Below the pieces are notes generated by a model, which was not told where the DNA came from, made no database searches, and saw only the letters and a program-made list of their open reading frames with translations. Source: Candidatus Thorarchaeota archaeon (lineage in GTDB: Archaea > Asgardarchaeota > Thorarchaeia > Thorarchaeales > Thorarchaeaceae). From it: 32,000 nt of DNA. The number at the start of each line of letters is the position of its first letter. Position 1 is the stretch's first letter. Shown piece by piece: positions 16,502 through 25,929 of the stretch. The stretch spans positions 1-32,000 of the forward strand of contig PRDJ01000010.1 in NCBI GenBank assembly GCA_003345555.1, read 5' to 3'. A program made the translations under genes and the position numbers.

Positions 16502-16825
16502 ATGGTAAGTGATAAGATTGCTGTCATAGGTGACAGGGACACAGTCATCGGCTTTCGCATGGTCGGAGTCAGTGAGGGTTCGATGCCCAAGTCCCCGGAG
16601 GAGACTCGAAGAAAGCTGCTTGAGTACTTCAGAAATCCACGAATGGGATTAATCCTCATTACTGAGCGCCTCGCGTCGACAGTGGAAGACACGATCATTG
16701 AGCTGTCTCAGGCTCCAGTGCCTGTTATCTTACTCATTCCAGATAGACTGGGATCCACAGGCACGCACGAGACTGTATTGAAAGAGCTGATACGCAGGGC
16801 CGTTGGTGTTGAGATTAATGTCTGA
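16502..16825 (+). CDS. atpF: A/V-type ATP synthase subunit F
   Basis: KIAVIGDRDTVIGFRMVGV, LILITERLA, PVILLIPD, LIRRAVGV. TTTTTAAT at 16461-16468 upstream. Confidence 0.93.
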   Translation: MVSDKIAVIGDRDTVIGFRMVGVSEGSMPKSPEETRRKLLEYFRNPRMGLILITERLASTVEDTIIELSQAPVPVILLIPDRLGSTGTHETVLKELIRRAVGVEINV

Positions 16826-16852
16826 TAATTCTGTATGAGGGATCTACCTACA

Positions 16853-18658
16853 ATGACCCAAAAAGCTGGACGAATTGAGAGCATTGCCGGACCAGTCGTA
16901 AGATGCAGCGGAATCCACAATATTCGGATGTACGAGGTTGTACGTGTAGGTAATGAGAAGCTGATTGGCGAAGTTATCGAAGTGGGCGAGCACGAATTCA
17001 CAGCTCAAGTCTATGAAGAGACTTCCGGTTTGGCCCCCGCAGAACCCGTGATTTCTACGGGAGACGCACTATCCGTGGAACTTGGTCCGGGTTTGTTGGG
17101 CTCTATCTATGACGGTATTCAAAGACCTTTGCCCGAACTGCGTTCTATGTCAGGAGACTTCATCACTAGAGGCCTTACGGTGGAAGGCTTAGATAAGAAG
17201 AAGAAGTGGCCCTTTGTTCCCGTCATCAAGGTCGGCAGTCATGTTGTACCTGGTGATATCATCGGCGAAGTCGCTGAGACTGGCATAATCACTTCCAAGG
17301 TTATGATTCCTATTAGTGTCGAAGGCGAGATTGTAAGCATTGTTCCCAAGGGTGAGTACTCAGTCGTCGATACTGTATGCAGCGTGAAGGATGGATATGG
17401 AGACGTACACGACGTGGTGATGATGCAGAGGACACCCGTCCGAACCGGTCGCCCATTCAAAGAACGAATTGCCATGGACACACCTCTCATTAGTGGACAG
17501 CGTGTAATTGATACATTCATGCCTCAGGCCAAAGGAGGCACGGGGGCAATCCCGGGCGGGTTTGGGACTGGAAAGACCGTCACACTTCACCAGTTTGCAA
17601 AATGGGCCGATGCTCAAGTCATTGTGTACGTTGGTTGTGGAGAACGCGGCAATGAAATGACAGAGGCTCTCGAGGAGTGGCCAAAGCTGAAAGACCCAAA
17701 GTCTGGTCGCCCCCTGATGGAACGGACCGTCCTGATTGCAAACACATCAAACATGCCAGTCGCAGCACGAGAGGCTTCTATATACGTGGCAGCAACAATC
17801 GCGGAATACTTCAGAGATCAGGGTTATGACGTTGCCCTCATGGCAGATTCTACTTCTCGTTGGGCAGAAGCACTTCGTGAAATATCAGGCAGACTGGGTC
17901 AGTTGCCGTCCGAAGAGGGATACCCTGCCTATCTTGGCTCGCGCCTTGCACAGTTCTATGAGCGTGGAGGGAGAGTGAAGACGCTTGGCTCTGGAGAAAG
18001 GCTTGGGTCGGTGACGATGTGTGGTGCGGTTTCGCCGCCGGGTGGGGACTTCTCTGAACCGGTTACACAAGCAACTCTACGCATTGTGAAGGTCTTCTGG
18101 GCCCTAGACAAGGACCTTGCCGCTCGAAGATTCTTCCCTGCCATTAACACGCTTACGAGCTACTCGCTGTATCACGGCAACTTGGAGAAATGGGACAGAG
18201 AGAACCTCGGGCCAGATTGGCCAGAGCTCGTCGCTGAAGCGACGGCGCTGCTTCAGAAGGACAACGAACTGCGTGAGATAGTCCAGCTTGTCGGTCCTGA
18301 TGCGCTTCCTGAATCGGAGCGTGCAGTCCTCGAGGCCGCGAGGATGATTAAGGAAGACTTCCTAACTCAGAGTGCAGTACACGAAATTGACACCTATTGC
18401 CCCATAGGCAAAACCTACCGTATGCTTCGCATTATCGTAATATTCTCACGCAAGATGGCCGAAGCCGTCAAGATGGGCGTGCATGTTCGAAGGATTCTCG
18501 AGTTCAGTGTGCTGGATAATATAGCCCGCATGAAGATTGCGCCTTGGGACACCTACAACAAGACGATGGACACTATCGAGAGCAAGATGGAACGAGAGTT
18601 TGAGGCTCTGTTCAAAGAGATGTCCGCCACAGGTGCGCCATTACCTGCAGCATCATGA
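16853..18658 (+). CDS. atpA: A/V-type ATP synthase subunit A (no intein)
   Basis: GQRVIDT, Walker [57 protein letters not shown] 16835 is an alternative start. Confidence 0.96.
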   Translation: MTQKAGRIESIAGPVVRCSGIHNIRMYEVVRVGNEKLIGEVIEVGEHEFTAQVYEETSGLAPAEPVISTGDALSVELGPGLLGSIYDGIQRPLPELRSMSGDFITRGLTVEGLDKKKKWPFVPVIKVGSHVVPGDIIGEVAETGIITSKVMIPISVEGEIVSIVPKGEYSVVDTVCSVKDGYGDVHDVVMMQRTPVRTGRPFKERIAMDTPLISGQRVIDTFMPQAKGGTGAIPGGFGTGKTVTLHQFAKWADAQVIVYVGCGERGNEMTEALEEWPKLKDPKSGRPLMERTVLIANTSNMPVAAREASIYVAATIAEYFRDQGYDVALMADSTSRWAEALREISGRLGQLPSEEGYPAYLGSRLAQFYERGGRVKTLGSGERLGSVTMCGAVSPPGGDFSEPVTQATLRIVKVFWALDKDLAARRFFPAINTLTSYSLYHGNLEKWDRENLGPDWPELVAEATALLQKDNELREIVQLVGPDALPESERAVLEAARMIKEDFLTQSAVHEIDTYCPIGKTYRMLRIIVIFSRKMAEAVKMGVHVRRILEFSVLDNIARMKIAPWDTYNKTMDTIESKMEREFEALFKEMSATGAPLPAAS

Positions 18659-18725
18659 TGAGATCTATCCGATTGCTTGCTTTGGAGTGGTATTTATCAC
18701 GTAACGAGACAAGCAAATCGTTGAC

Positions 18726-19277
18726 ATGAGTCGCTTGGATGAATTGCTGAGCCTTGAGGAAGAGATACGGCAGTGCAGAAGATGTCCTCTTTACAGGACC
18801 CGCAAGAATGCAGTTCCAGGTGAAGGAGCCGCGGAGCCACGGATTATGTTCGTGGGCGAGGCCCCCGGCGCCAGTGAAGATGAATCCGGTAGGCCATTCG
18901 TGGGCAGGTCGGGTGAATTGCTCACCGAGCTAATCGTCGGACTAGGTCTTTCAAGGAATGAAGTATTCATTACTTCAATTCTGAAGTCGCGCCCCCCGAA
19001 CAATCGATCTCCCAATCGGGCGGAGATTGACGCTTGCCTCCCATATCTCAGGCGCCAGTTCGAGATACTGAATCCAAGAATCGTAGTTCTCTTGGGGAAT
19101 ATCGCGGTTTCAGCGGTCATAGGTCATTGGAAGGTATCCGAGTGTCATGGTCGTTCATATGATACAGAAGGCAGGATCTTCTTCATGACGTATCATCCCG
19201 CCGCTGCACTACGATTTCCCAGAATCAAAGAAACGATGAATGGAGACTTCAAGGTTCTTCGAAGTATGCTGGGCTAA
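18726..19277 (+). CDS. udg: Uracil-DNA glycosylase family 4
   Basis: CRRC, VPGEG, FVGEAPG, PFVGRSG, RPPNNRSP, ACLPYL, TYHPAAAL. Confidence 0.92.
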   Translation: MSRLDELLSLEEEIRQCRRCPLYRTRKNAVPGEGAAEPRIMFVGEAPGASEDESGRPFVGRSGELLTELIVGLGLSRNEVFITSILKSRPPNNRSPNRAEIDACLPYLRRQFEILNPRIVVLLGNIAVSAVIGHWKVSECHGRSYDTEGRIFFMTYHPAAALRFPRIKETMNGDFKVLRSMLG

Positions 19278-19312
19278 GTGGCAGTTATATTCATTCAAGA
19301 GCACCTCCTAAC

Positions 19313-19834
19313 GTGAGTGACTGGAGTATTCTCTTGGTAACCATTCTCCCTTTGCAGGCTCTCCCAGCTGGTCCAAGTTTCCCAACTTGGGCGGCCATCA
19401 TGGAGAAAATTCTCAGTGGACTGTACGGATTTGCAGTAAGAGGATATCTTCTATTCGTCTTATTGGGTTTCATCATTTTCATGACGGGCCTCAATGATGG
19501 TCTCGCCAAGGCACTGATCGCATCAGGTATTGTTCTATACATAGGTGGTCCGTATTTCATCGGCATATGTGCAAGGTTGGCGAATATCGAGAACCCGACA
19601 CTTGAGACCGCAACCAGTACATGGGTCAGCGTATTCGGTATGTTCGACAGTGAAATGGTGGCAGTAATCGTCTTTCTAGGCGACATCCTCTTCGCCATTT
19701 GCCTGCTTTCAGGCGCAATACTCTATCTCACACCATCATCGAACGACCTTAGGGCAAAGGGGCATTCGCTTACGGTGAGAGCATTGATGCTAGCGCCGGT
19801 TCTTGTTTTCTTCAATGTCTCTCCATGGATTTGA
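19313..19834 (+). CDS. Hypothetical membrane protein (about 4 TM; two pilin-like helical hairpins)
   Basis: Four hydrophobic segments in two similar halves. TATA-like GTTATAT about 25 nt upstream. Confidence 0.7.
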   Translation: MSDWSILLVTILPLQALPAGPSFPTWAAIMEKILSGLYGFAVRGYLLFVLLGFIIFMTGLNDGLAKALIASGIVLYIGGPYFIGICARLANIENPTLETATSTWVSVFGMFDSEMVAVIVFLGDILFAICLLSGAILYLTPSSNDLRAKGHSLTVRALMLAPVLVFFNVSPWI

Positions 19835-19911
19835 GTGTCGTGCCTGACGTAACTCTTAAATGAAGGCCACCCACGGTCCTTTTGAAGGACCCGGCCTGGA
19901 TGGTCTCGCTG

Positions 19912-21312
19912 ATGGCAAAGAAATCAGTCATTGAATACCGCACAGTCTCTGATGTTAGCGGACCGCTTCTTATTGTAGAGAATACTCACAACGTTAGCTA
20001 CAACGAGGTCGTAAGAATTAGGTCACCCTCGGGAGAACTCCTGACAGGAACCGTGTTGGAGACGGGTCATGGAAGAGCAGTCATACAGGTCTTTGAAGGC
20101 ACAAGCGGGCTCGATGTGGACGTCACATCGGTGCGATTTACGGGCGAGACTCTGAAGCTCCCGGTATCAACTGAGATTCTCGGTCGCGTTCTCGACGGGT
20201 CGGGAAATCCACTCGACAAAGGTCCCCTGCTGACTGCTGAAGATCATTGGGACATAAACGGGTCGCCAATCAATCCATATGCCCGACAGTATCCCCATCA
20301 GCCCATCCAGACGGGCTTGTCTGTGATTGACGGCCTCAACACCCTGATTCGAGGGCAAAAGCTGCCCATCTTTTCGGGTTCCGGCCTTCCGCACAACAGA
20401 ATTGCAGCTCAGATTGTCAGGCAGGCAAGGATTCCCGGTGAAGAAGGCCAGTTCGCCATTGTGTTTGCAGCCATGGGAATCACGGCCACAGAAGCACAGT
20501 ACTTCATGAAATCTTTCGAGGAGACTGGTGCGCTCGAGCATACTACTATGTTCCTTAACCTCGCCAATGACCCGGCAATCGAACGCATAATCACGCCACG
20601 TGCAGCCCTCACTGCAGCAGAGTACCTAGCATACCAATCAGACATGCATGTTCTGGTAATCCTCACCGACATGACGAATTATGCTGAGGCTCTGCGTGAA
20701 ATCAGTGCAGCAAGATCGGAGGTCCCCGGGCGTCGCGGCTACCCCGGCTATCTGTACACAGACTTGAGCTTGATTTACGAACGAGCGGGACGTATTCATG
20801 GCAGAAAGGGAACAATCACACAGATGCCCATTCTATCGATGCCCCAAGACGACATGACTCACCCAATCCCTGATCTTTCGGGGTACATCACTGAAGGACA
20901 GCTTCCTCTCAGCAGGAGTCTTCACAGACGGGGCATATATCCACCCATAGACCCTGGCCCCTCACTAAGTCGACTGATGAAAGAGGGCATAGGAGAGGGC
21001 ATGACGCGTTTCGATCATAAGGAGATACAGGCACAGCTATACTACGGGTACTCCGAAGGTCGTGACCTCAGGGACCTTGTTGCGGTTGTCGGTTCAGAGG
21101 CCTTGACGGAGCGAGATCAGAAATACCTGAAGTTCGCTGACAAATTCGAACAGCAATTCATCAACCAAGGCGAGTTTGAGGACCGGTCGTTTGAACAGAC
21201 TCTTGACCTCGGATGGACTTTGCTCAGCGATTTTCCAGAGAGGGAGCTCAAGAGATGTGATCCCGAGACCATCTTGTGGGCCAAAAAGAAAGGTGTGTAC
21301 AAACCGAGCTGA
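19912..21312 (+). CDS. atpB: A/V-type ATP synthase subunit B
   Basis: [69 protein letters not shown]. Confidence 0.96.
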   Translation: MAKKSVIEYRTVSDVSGPLLIVENTHNVSYNEVVRIRSPSGELLTGTVLETGHGRAVIQVFEGTSGLDVDVTSVRFTGETLKLPVSTEILGRVLDGSGNPLDKGPLLTAEDHWDINGSPINPYARQYPHQPIQTGLSVIDGLNTLIRGQKLPIFSGSGLPHNRIAAQIVRQARIPGEEGQFAIVFAAMGITATEAQYFMKSFEETGALEHTTMFLNLANDPAIERIITPRAALTAAEYLAYQSDMHVLVILTDMTNYAEALREISAARSEVPGRRGYPGYLYTDLSLIYERAGRIHGRKGTITQMPILSMPQDDMTHPIPDLSGYITEGQLPLSRSLHRRGIYPPIDPGPSLSRLMKEGIGEGMTRFDHKEIQAQLYYGYSEGRDLRDLVAVVGSEALTERDQKYLKFADKFEQQFINQGEFEDRSFEQTLDLGWTLLSDFPERELKRCDPETILWAKKKGVYKPS

Positions 21313-21352
21313 TACGTTGCGACAGCGTCACCGCCTCGTCGGCAGTCGCGTC

Positions 21353-21715
21353 TCACTTGACGCCATAACGAAGATAGTGGTCTCTTTCTTTCTTCGCTCC
21401 GAAGCTTCTGAGGCCCTCTTCTTTGAGCTGCCTCCTCATGGTCTTGGCTTGGGTTTCAGTTAGTTCCCTGCGCTTAACCATGAACTCGATTATTTCTAGT
21501 GCCTCGGATTCAGTATCGCATCGTCGAATGAAGTCGACGACATCCGGTAAGAATGTCTCCTCACGACCTTCAGATGCAGACTCCTCAGAATCTGTAGATT
21601 CGGACTCCTCAGATACAGTCCTTATGCCGCCCACTCTGAATGTCTTGGTCTTTCCTTCCTCAAGTTCGTCCCTCAAGGCCGGAAATTCATTACCAAGCAC
21701 CCTTTTCTTAGCCAT
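21353..21715 (-). CDS. DUF2095-family protein
   Basis: PDVVDFIRRCDTESEALEII....RRE.......LKEEGLRSFGAKKE..HY, preceded by an acidic Ser/Glu linker. Confidence 0.8.
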   Translation of the reverse strand: MAKKRVLGNEFPALRDELEEGKTKTFRVGGIRTVSEESESTDSEESASEGREETFLPDVVDFIRRCDTESEALEIIEFMVKRRELTETQAKTMRRQLKEEGLRSFGAKKERDHYLRYGVK

Positions 21716-21819
21716 GGTCTTTCACCGGGCCATCGACATGCAATCAGTTGTACTATTATGAACCATCCGAAATATGCCTTATGAAGATTAGGCTGACGGC
21801 TCTTGCCGAATTCAAGCGA

Positions 21820-23346
21820 TTAGCTCTTGATGAAGGCCCACGGAAGGTCTCCCTGTTGGCCCCTCTGTTCATTGGCCATAGATAACAACGGTATTCCCGA
21901 GTCCCTCTGTGCCTTCCGCCATCCTCCATAACCCGGATGTCTAGCTGCTATGAGGATAGCTTTTCCTAAGGACCTGTCACCTATCGAAAGTGCTGCCTGA
22001 ATCCGCGCATTCCTCGGATCTAATGGTTCAACATACGCATGTGGGACTCCATGGAGGCCTTTCTCTATGATTCTAACCCTGGATCGGATGACCTCAATTG
22101 GTGCTTGCGCCTCGCGTTCCCACTTCGTCTGAGCTTTCGGCACGAAGGGATTCACACTGACCGTAATTCGCATGCTTGCCAGCTTGCCGAGGCGGCTCAC
22201 AAGCATTGGAATAGCAGCAACGTCCTGTTCACTCTCTCCTGGTAGTCCGATTATGAAATAGAGCTTCAGTGCGTTGAATCCAGACTCGGCAGCTAGTTTC
22301 ACTGTGTGCTCGATATCTTCGTCGGATAGTGCTTTTCCGGTGCTGCGTCTGAGCTCAGGTGAGCCGGTTTCGGGAGCAATCGTAAGAGTCCGCTGTTCCC
22401 CTTTTGCCAATGAGGAGAGGAAACCTTTCGACACCGAGTCAGCTCTTAGTGAGGGCACTGAGAGTTGGTAACCTTGGTCCACAATCCAAGCGGCGAGTTC
22501 TTCGAAGCCCTCAGAGCTGCCCAAGGAAGAGGAAATCAAGGAGACCTTGTGCACAGGAGTTTCGGCCAATCCCTTCGTAATGATTTCCTCAAGTCGATTC
22601 AATGATCTTGTTCTCCAAGGACGGCAGACATGACCGACCAAGCAGAACTTGCACGAATGACCACATCCTCTCGTCGCTTCGACCAGAAGAGACTTTCCGA
22701 ACACCGGCTCAAGTTTGTCGCCTTCTGCAACCTCAGGCACAATCTGCGCTGTAGGATGGAAAAGCGCATCCAAGTCGCTTATGATCAGTCTGCGCACTTC
22801 GGACGGCATGGCTCTTGGCACATATAGTCCGTCCGTCTGCGCCAACTGTTCGAGAGCTGCTGTCCGTGAGTCTGTTCCAGCCACGGAATCAATGATCTTG
22901 TGTATGACTATATCCCCCTCCCCGATAGCAAATGCATCGACAAAGTCGACGTATGGCTCGGGGTTGGAGCTTGGAACGGGCCCCCCTACAAGCACAATTG
23001 GGTCTGATTCTGATCTATCTGCTGCAAGAGCCGGAATGCCTCCCAGCTCGAGCATCTGAATCAGGTTGACTATATCTTCTTCATACGTAAGTGAAAAGCC
23101 CACAACCTGGTTGTCCTTCAGTGGTCTGCTGCTTTCCATCGAATGGCATGGAGAAGGCACATCATACCTGAAGTAGCGTTCACATGATGTATCCTTCCTG
23201 TCGTTTAGAATGGAGTAGAACAAGTGCGTTGCGAGGCTGGTCATCCCGGTCCGGTAGGTTGACGGATACGCATATCCGAATAGCACCTCTACTTTTCTTG
23301 CGTCCTTCCGAACGACATTGAATTCCCTAATCTTCGAGGCACGCAC
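21820..23346 (-). CDS. Radical SAM protein with a B12-binding-like N-terminal domain (TIGR03960/COG1032-like), function unknown
   Basis: YPSTYRTGMTSL, CERYF, LVEATRGCGHSCKFC, SVPSLRAD, TIAPETGS, KLYFIIGLPGE, FVPKAQT. Confidence 0.85.
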   Translation of the reverse strand: MRASKIREFNVVRKDARKVEVLFGYAYPSTYRTGMTSLATHLFYSILNDRKDTSCERYFRYDVPSPCHSMESSRPLKDNQVVGFSLTYEEDIVNLIQMLELGGIPALAADRSESDPIVLVGGPVPSSNPEPYVDFVDAFAIGEGDIVIHKIIDSVAGTDSRTAALEQLAQTDGLYVPRAMPSEVRRLIISDLDALFHPTAQIVPEVAEGDKLEPVFGKSLLVEATRGCGHSCKFCLVGHVCRPWRTRSLNRLEEIITKGLAETPVHKVSLISSSLGSSEGFEELAAWIVDQGYQLSVPSLRADSVSKGFLSSLAKGEQRTLTIAPETGSPELRRSTGKALSDEDIEHTVKLAAESGFNALKLYFIIGLPGESEQDVAAIPMLVSRLGKLASMRITVSVNPFVPKAQTKWEREAQAPIEVIRSRVRIIEKGLHGVPHAYVEPLDPRNARIQAALSIGDRSLGKAILIAARHPGYGGWRKAQRDSGIPLLSMANEQRGQQGDLPWAFIKS

Positions 23347-23356
23347 AGTGCAGTCC

Positions 23357-24643
23357 TCAATTCTCTGGATTCAGATGGATGATTCTCTTAGGCTCCTCAG
23401 CAATCACTAGAACCCCCGGTGGAATGTCTCGGTCAACAATGACACCAATACCTGTGCGAGCATCTTGATGGAGTACAACACCAGGACTGAGGAGAGTGCC
23501 AATTCCAGTCTTCACATTGTCTCCGATGACAGCACCCATCTTGCGGAGGCCGGAGCTAAGTCTCTGGTTCTTGACCGTGACTCGGACTGGCTGGTCATCG
23601 TGCCGCAGATTGGCGGTGATTGTTCCCGCGCCGAAGTTCGACTTGCGGCCTATGATACTGTCGCCGACGTAAGACAGATGTCCAATATGAGTATCGTCCA
23701 TTATTATGCTGTTCTTGATTTCGACAGCGTTTCCGATTCTCACTCCATGCGAAAGAGATGTACTTGCACGAATGTAGCAATTGGGCCCCACCACGCAACC
23801 CGATCCAACGAATGCCGGGCCTTCGATATAGGCTCCACTCTTGATAGTCGCACCTCTCTCAACAATAACGTTTCCTTTGATTACAGCGCCATTCTCAACA
23901 TCGCCCTCGATTTTCCTTACGGCAGCATTTAGTACAAGCTGATTGCCCTTTAGAAGGTCCCAGGGCTTACCGACATCTAGCCACCAAGAGGGCAGGCGAT
24001 AGGCTCCGACAGTGCCCTGCTTTATCATCATCATTATAGAATCTGTGATTTCGTACTCGCCACGGGGTGATAGCCCGGTCTTGTCGATGGCGTCCCATAG
24101 CTTTGGTCCTGCAACATAAATGCCTGCGTTGACGAGTTTGCTGTTGCTCTGTTCGGGGGTTGGTTTCTCGATCAGGCCCGTTGCTCTATCATGATCTACA
24201 GTTACGACTCCATATGGAGAAGGGTCATCGACTGGGGTCACTGAGAGAATCGTGTCAAATTTCCCTTTGCCATGAAGCGTCATCAAACCCGGGAAGGTAT
24301 CCGGCCCGATCATGACGTCCCCATACATGAGGATTATCGGTTCGTTGTGGGCGAATTCTCGTGCGTGCGCGGCAGCGTGGGCCGTCCCCTTCCGCTCTTT
24401 CTGAAACACATACGAGATTTTCATTGGCGCCCAATCACGAGAGTCAATTACTTTCTGCATTTCCTCTCCATGGTAACCGAGTACAACAAGCGTTTCTCTG
24501 ATTCCTGCGGATCTAAGGCCTCTCAAAGTATGGAATATCAAAGGCTCTCCGGCAACTGGGAGAAGGTGCTTGGCCATATTGGCAGACAATGGCAGCATGC
24601 GCGTGGAATCACCTGCTGCCAGCAAAGCTGCCTTCACTATCAT
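23357..24643 (-). CDS. glmU: Bifunctional sugar-1-phosphate nucleotidylyltransferase/acetyltransferase (archaeal GlmU-like)
   Basis: LLAAGDSTRMLPL..K.LLPV, EKP, SPRGEYEITD, WLDVGKPWDLL, hexapeptide left-handed beta-helix, HLSYVGDS, NFGAGT, GDNVKTG. ATG 24643. Confidence 0.88.
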   Translation of the reverse strand: MIVKAALLAAGDSTRMLPLSANMAKHLLPVAGEPLIFHTLRGLRSAGIRETLVVLGYHGEEMQKVIDSRDWAPMKISYVFQKERKGTAHAAAHAREFAHNEPIILMYGDVMIGPDTFPGLMTLHGKGKFDTILSVTPVDDPSPYGVVTVDHDRATGLIEKPTPEQSNSKLVNAGIYVAGPKLWDAIDKTGLSPRGEYEITDSIMMMIKQGTVGAYRLPSWWLDVGKPWDLLKGNQLVLNAAVRKIEGDVENGAVIKGNVIVERGATIKSGAYIEGPAFVGSGCVVGPNCYIRASTSLSHGVRIGNAVEIKNSIIMDDTHIGHLSYVGDSIIGRKSNFGAGTITANLRHDDQPVRVTVKNQRLSSGLRKMGAVIGDNVKTGIGTLLSPGVVLHQDARTGIGVIVDRDIPPGVLVIAEEPKRIIHLNPEN

Positions 24644-24783
24644 AGATGATTCTTGGATTCTGAAGGATGATAAAGAGTTTGCATTGTGCCCAAGGCGGTG
24701 TACAGCTTGGCTTCTGGCCATAGCATCCGGAACTGGGCCACTGGTAGAGGCATAGCAGGCTTCCGCAGGCGCAGACTGAATGG

Positions 24784-24800
24784 CGCCGTCTGTGACGGCG
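24784..24800. promoter_or_regulatory. Perfect inverted repeat (candidate operator) next to a TATA-like element
   Basis: CGCCGTC-TGT-GACGGCG immediately followed by ATAAGTTAATATA. Confidence 0.4.
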
Positions 24801-24893
24801 ATAAGTTAATATAGATTGAAGTATCTAGTGATCCCATAGAGAAAGGAAATCTTAGACCCCTTGAGGTGTGTCTCGGGGTCCTCGATTAGGAGA

Positions 24894-25148
24894 ATGTTCA
24901 CAATGATGACTGACATAGAACTCGCGGAAGAAATCAAGGACATGAAGCTAACAAAGAGTCAGATAATTGTCCTTGACATTCTTAGAAAGACCGGCAGGGG
25001 AGGCGTCACACCAAAGCAGCTCCTAGACAAGGTCTCATTTGCCCCTAGGACTGTCCGGTATGCACTCAGAAAGTTGCTCAAGAAGAATCTGATCAAGCGA
25101 GTACCCTGCTTGCAGGATATGCGGCAGTGGATCTACGTGCCCGCCTAG
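24894..25148 (+). CDS. Small winged-helix (MarR-like) DNA-binding protein
   Basis: LTKSQIIVLDIL...VTPKQLLDKV..APRTVRYALRKL...LIKRVP.LQDMRQ.IY. AGGAG precedes ATG 24894. Confidence 0.8.
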   Translation: MFTMMTDIELAEEIKDMKLTKSQIIVLDILRKTGRGGVTPKQLLDKVSFAPRTVRYALRKLLKKNLIKRVPCLQDMRQWIYVPA

Positions 25149-25266
25149 GTTCAGAGCACTGATCTAGCCCTGTGAAACGTTGCTCTAGCACATGAAGCGT
25201 GTCGTGTGTTAGAACCCACATCTGAGCCCACTTGTCGAGCGATTCAAGAACTCAAGGAGGAAGAAA

Positions 25267-25923
25267 ATGGAGTACGTCAGAGTACTAGCTGGCAAGGATG
25301 CAGCTGCAGCAATCCGTGCACTCAACGACGAATGCCGGAGGCAGATTCTCTCTCTCCTCAAAAGCAGGAGAATGTCAACTTCAGAAATAATCGAGTTTCT
25401 TGAACATCAGCATCCTGACAGACGTATCAAGCCTCAGACCGTTAGGTATCACTTGAAGGAACTCGAACACGGGGGACTGATTCAGCAAGACGGATACGAA
25501 CCTGCCGGAGAGAAGGATACACACATAATGAAGAAGGTCTGGAGAGCTGCAGCAGAGAACATATTCATAGCCACTAGCCGGACAGGCGAAAGCGCGCCCC
25601 GACCGCCAACCAAGCTGAACATCACAGACCTGATGCGCAAGCTCGGGTTTGAGATTTCAGACGAAAGTACTGTGAAGGAGGCCACCAAAAGGTACGTTGA
25701 GTGGGATTCGCTCTGGCAACAAGGCCGAGAAGCCTCTGAGGAAATCCTCCTTAAGATGCCACAGCTCGACCTTGAGGAATACCTCACACTACGGAGGCTC
25801 CTCAGCGTCATCCTGCTACACGACGCCGATTACACCCGCTATTGGGAAGTCAGCAAGGCCGTGAGCGACATGTTCCGCAGAATATACCTCGAAGGCATCG
25901 GGAAAAACCCAGAGGTCTATTAG
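25267..25923 (+). CDS. ArsR-family winged-helix regulator with a C-terminal helical domain
   Basis: IRALNDECRRQILSLL...MSTSEI....PQTVRYHLKELEHGGLI. GGAGG SD. Confidence 0.82.
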   Translation: MEYVRVLAGKDAAAAIRALNDECRRQILSLLKSRRMSTSEIIEFLEHQHPDRRIKPQTVRYHLKELEHGGLIQQDGYEPAGEKDTHIMKKVWRAAAENIFIATSRTGESAPRPPTKLNITDLMRKLGFEISDESTVKEATKRYVEWDSLWQQGREASEEILLKMPQLDLEEYLTLRRLLSVILLHDADYTRYWEVSKAVSDMFRRIYLEGIGKNPEVY

Positions 25924-25929
25924 GTTACC

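Noticed and set aside
16853-18658. Intein in atpA or hef
   Set aside because: Both proteins have normal length and their motifs are contiguous; no intein splice motifs were seen.
18654-18700. ATGATGA box C candidate after atpA
   Set aside because: It is the stop codon plus a following TGA; there is no properly spaced D box or terminal stem.
24644-24690. GATGA...CTGA..GGATGA pattern upstream of glmU
   Set aside because: Box C is non-canonical and no terminal D box follows.
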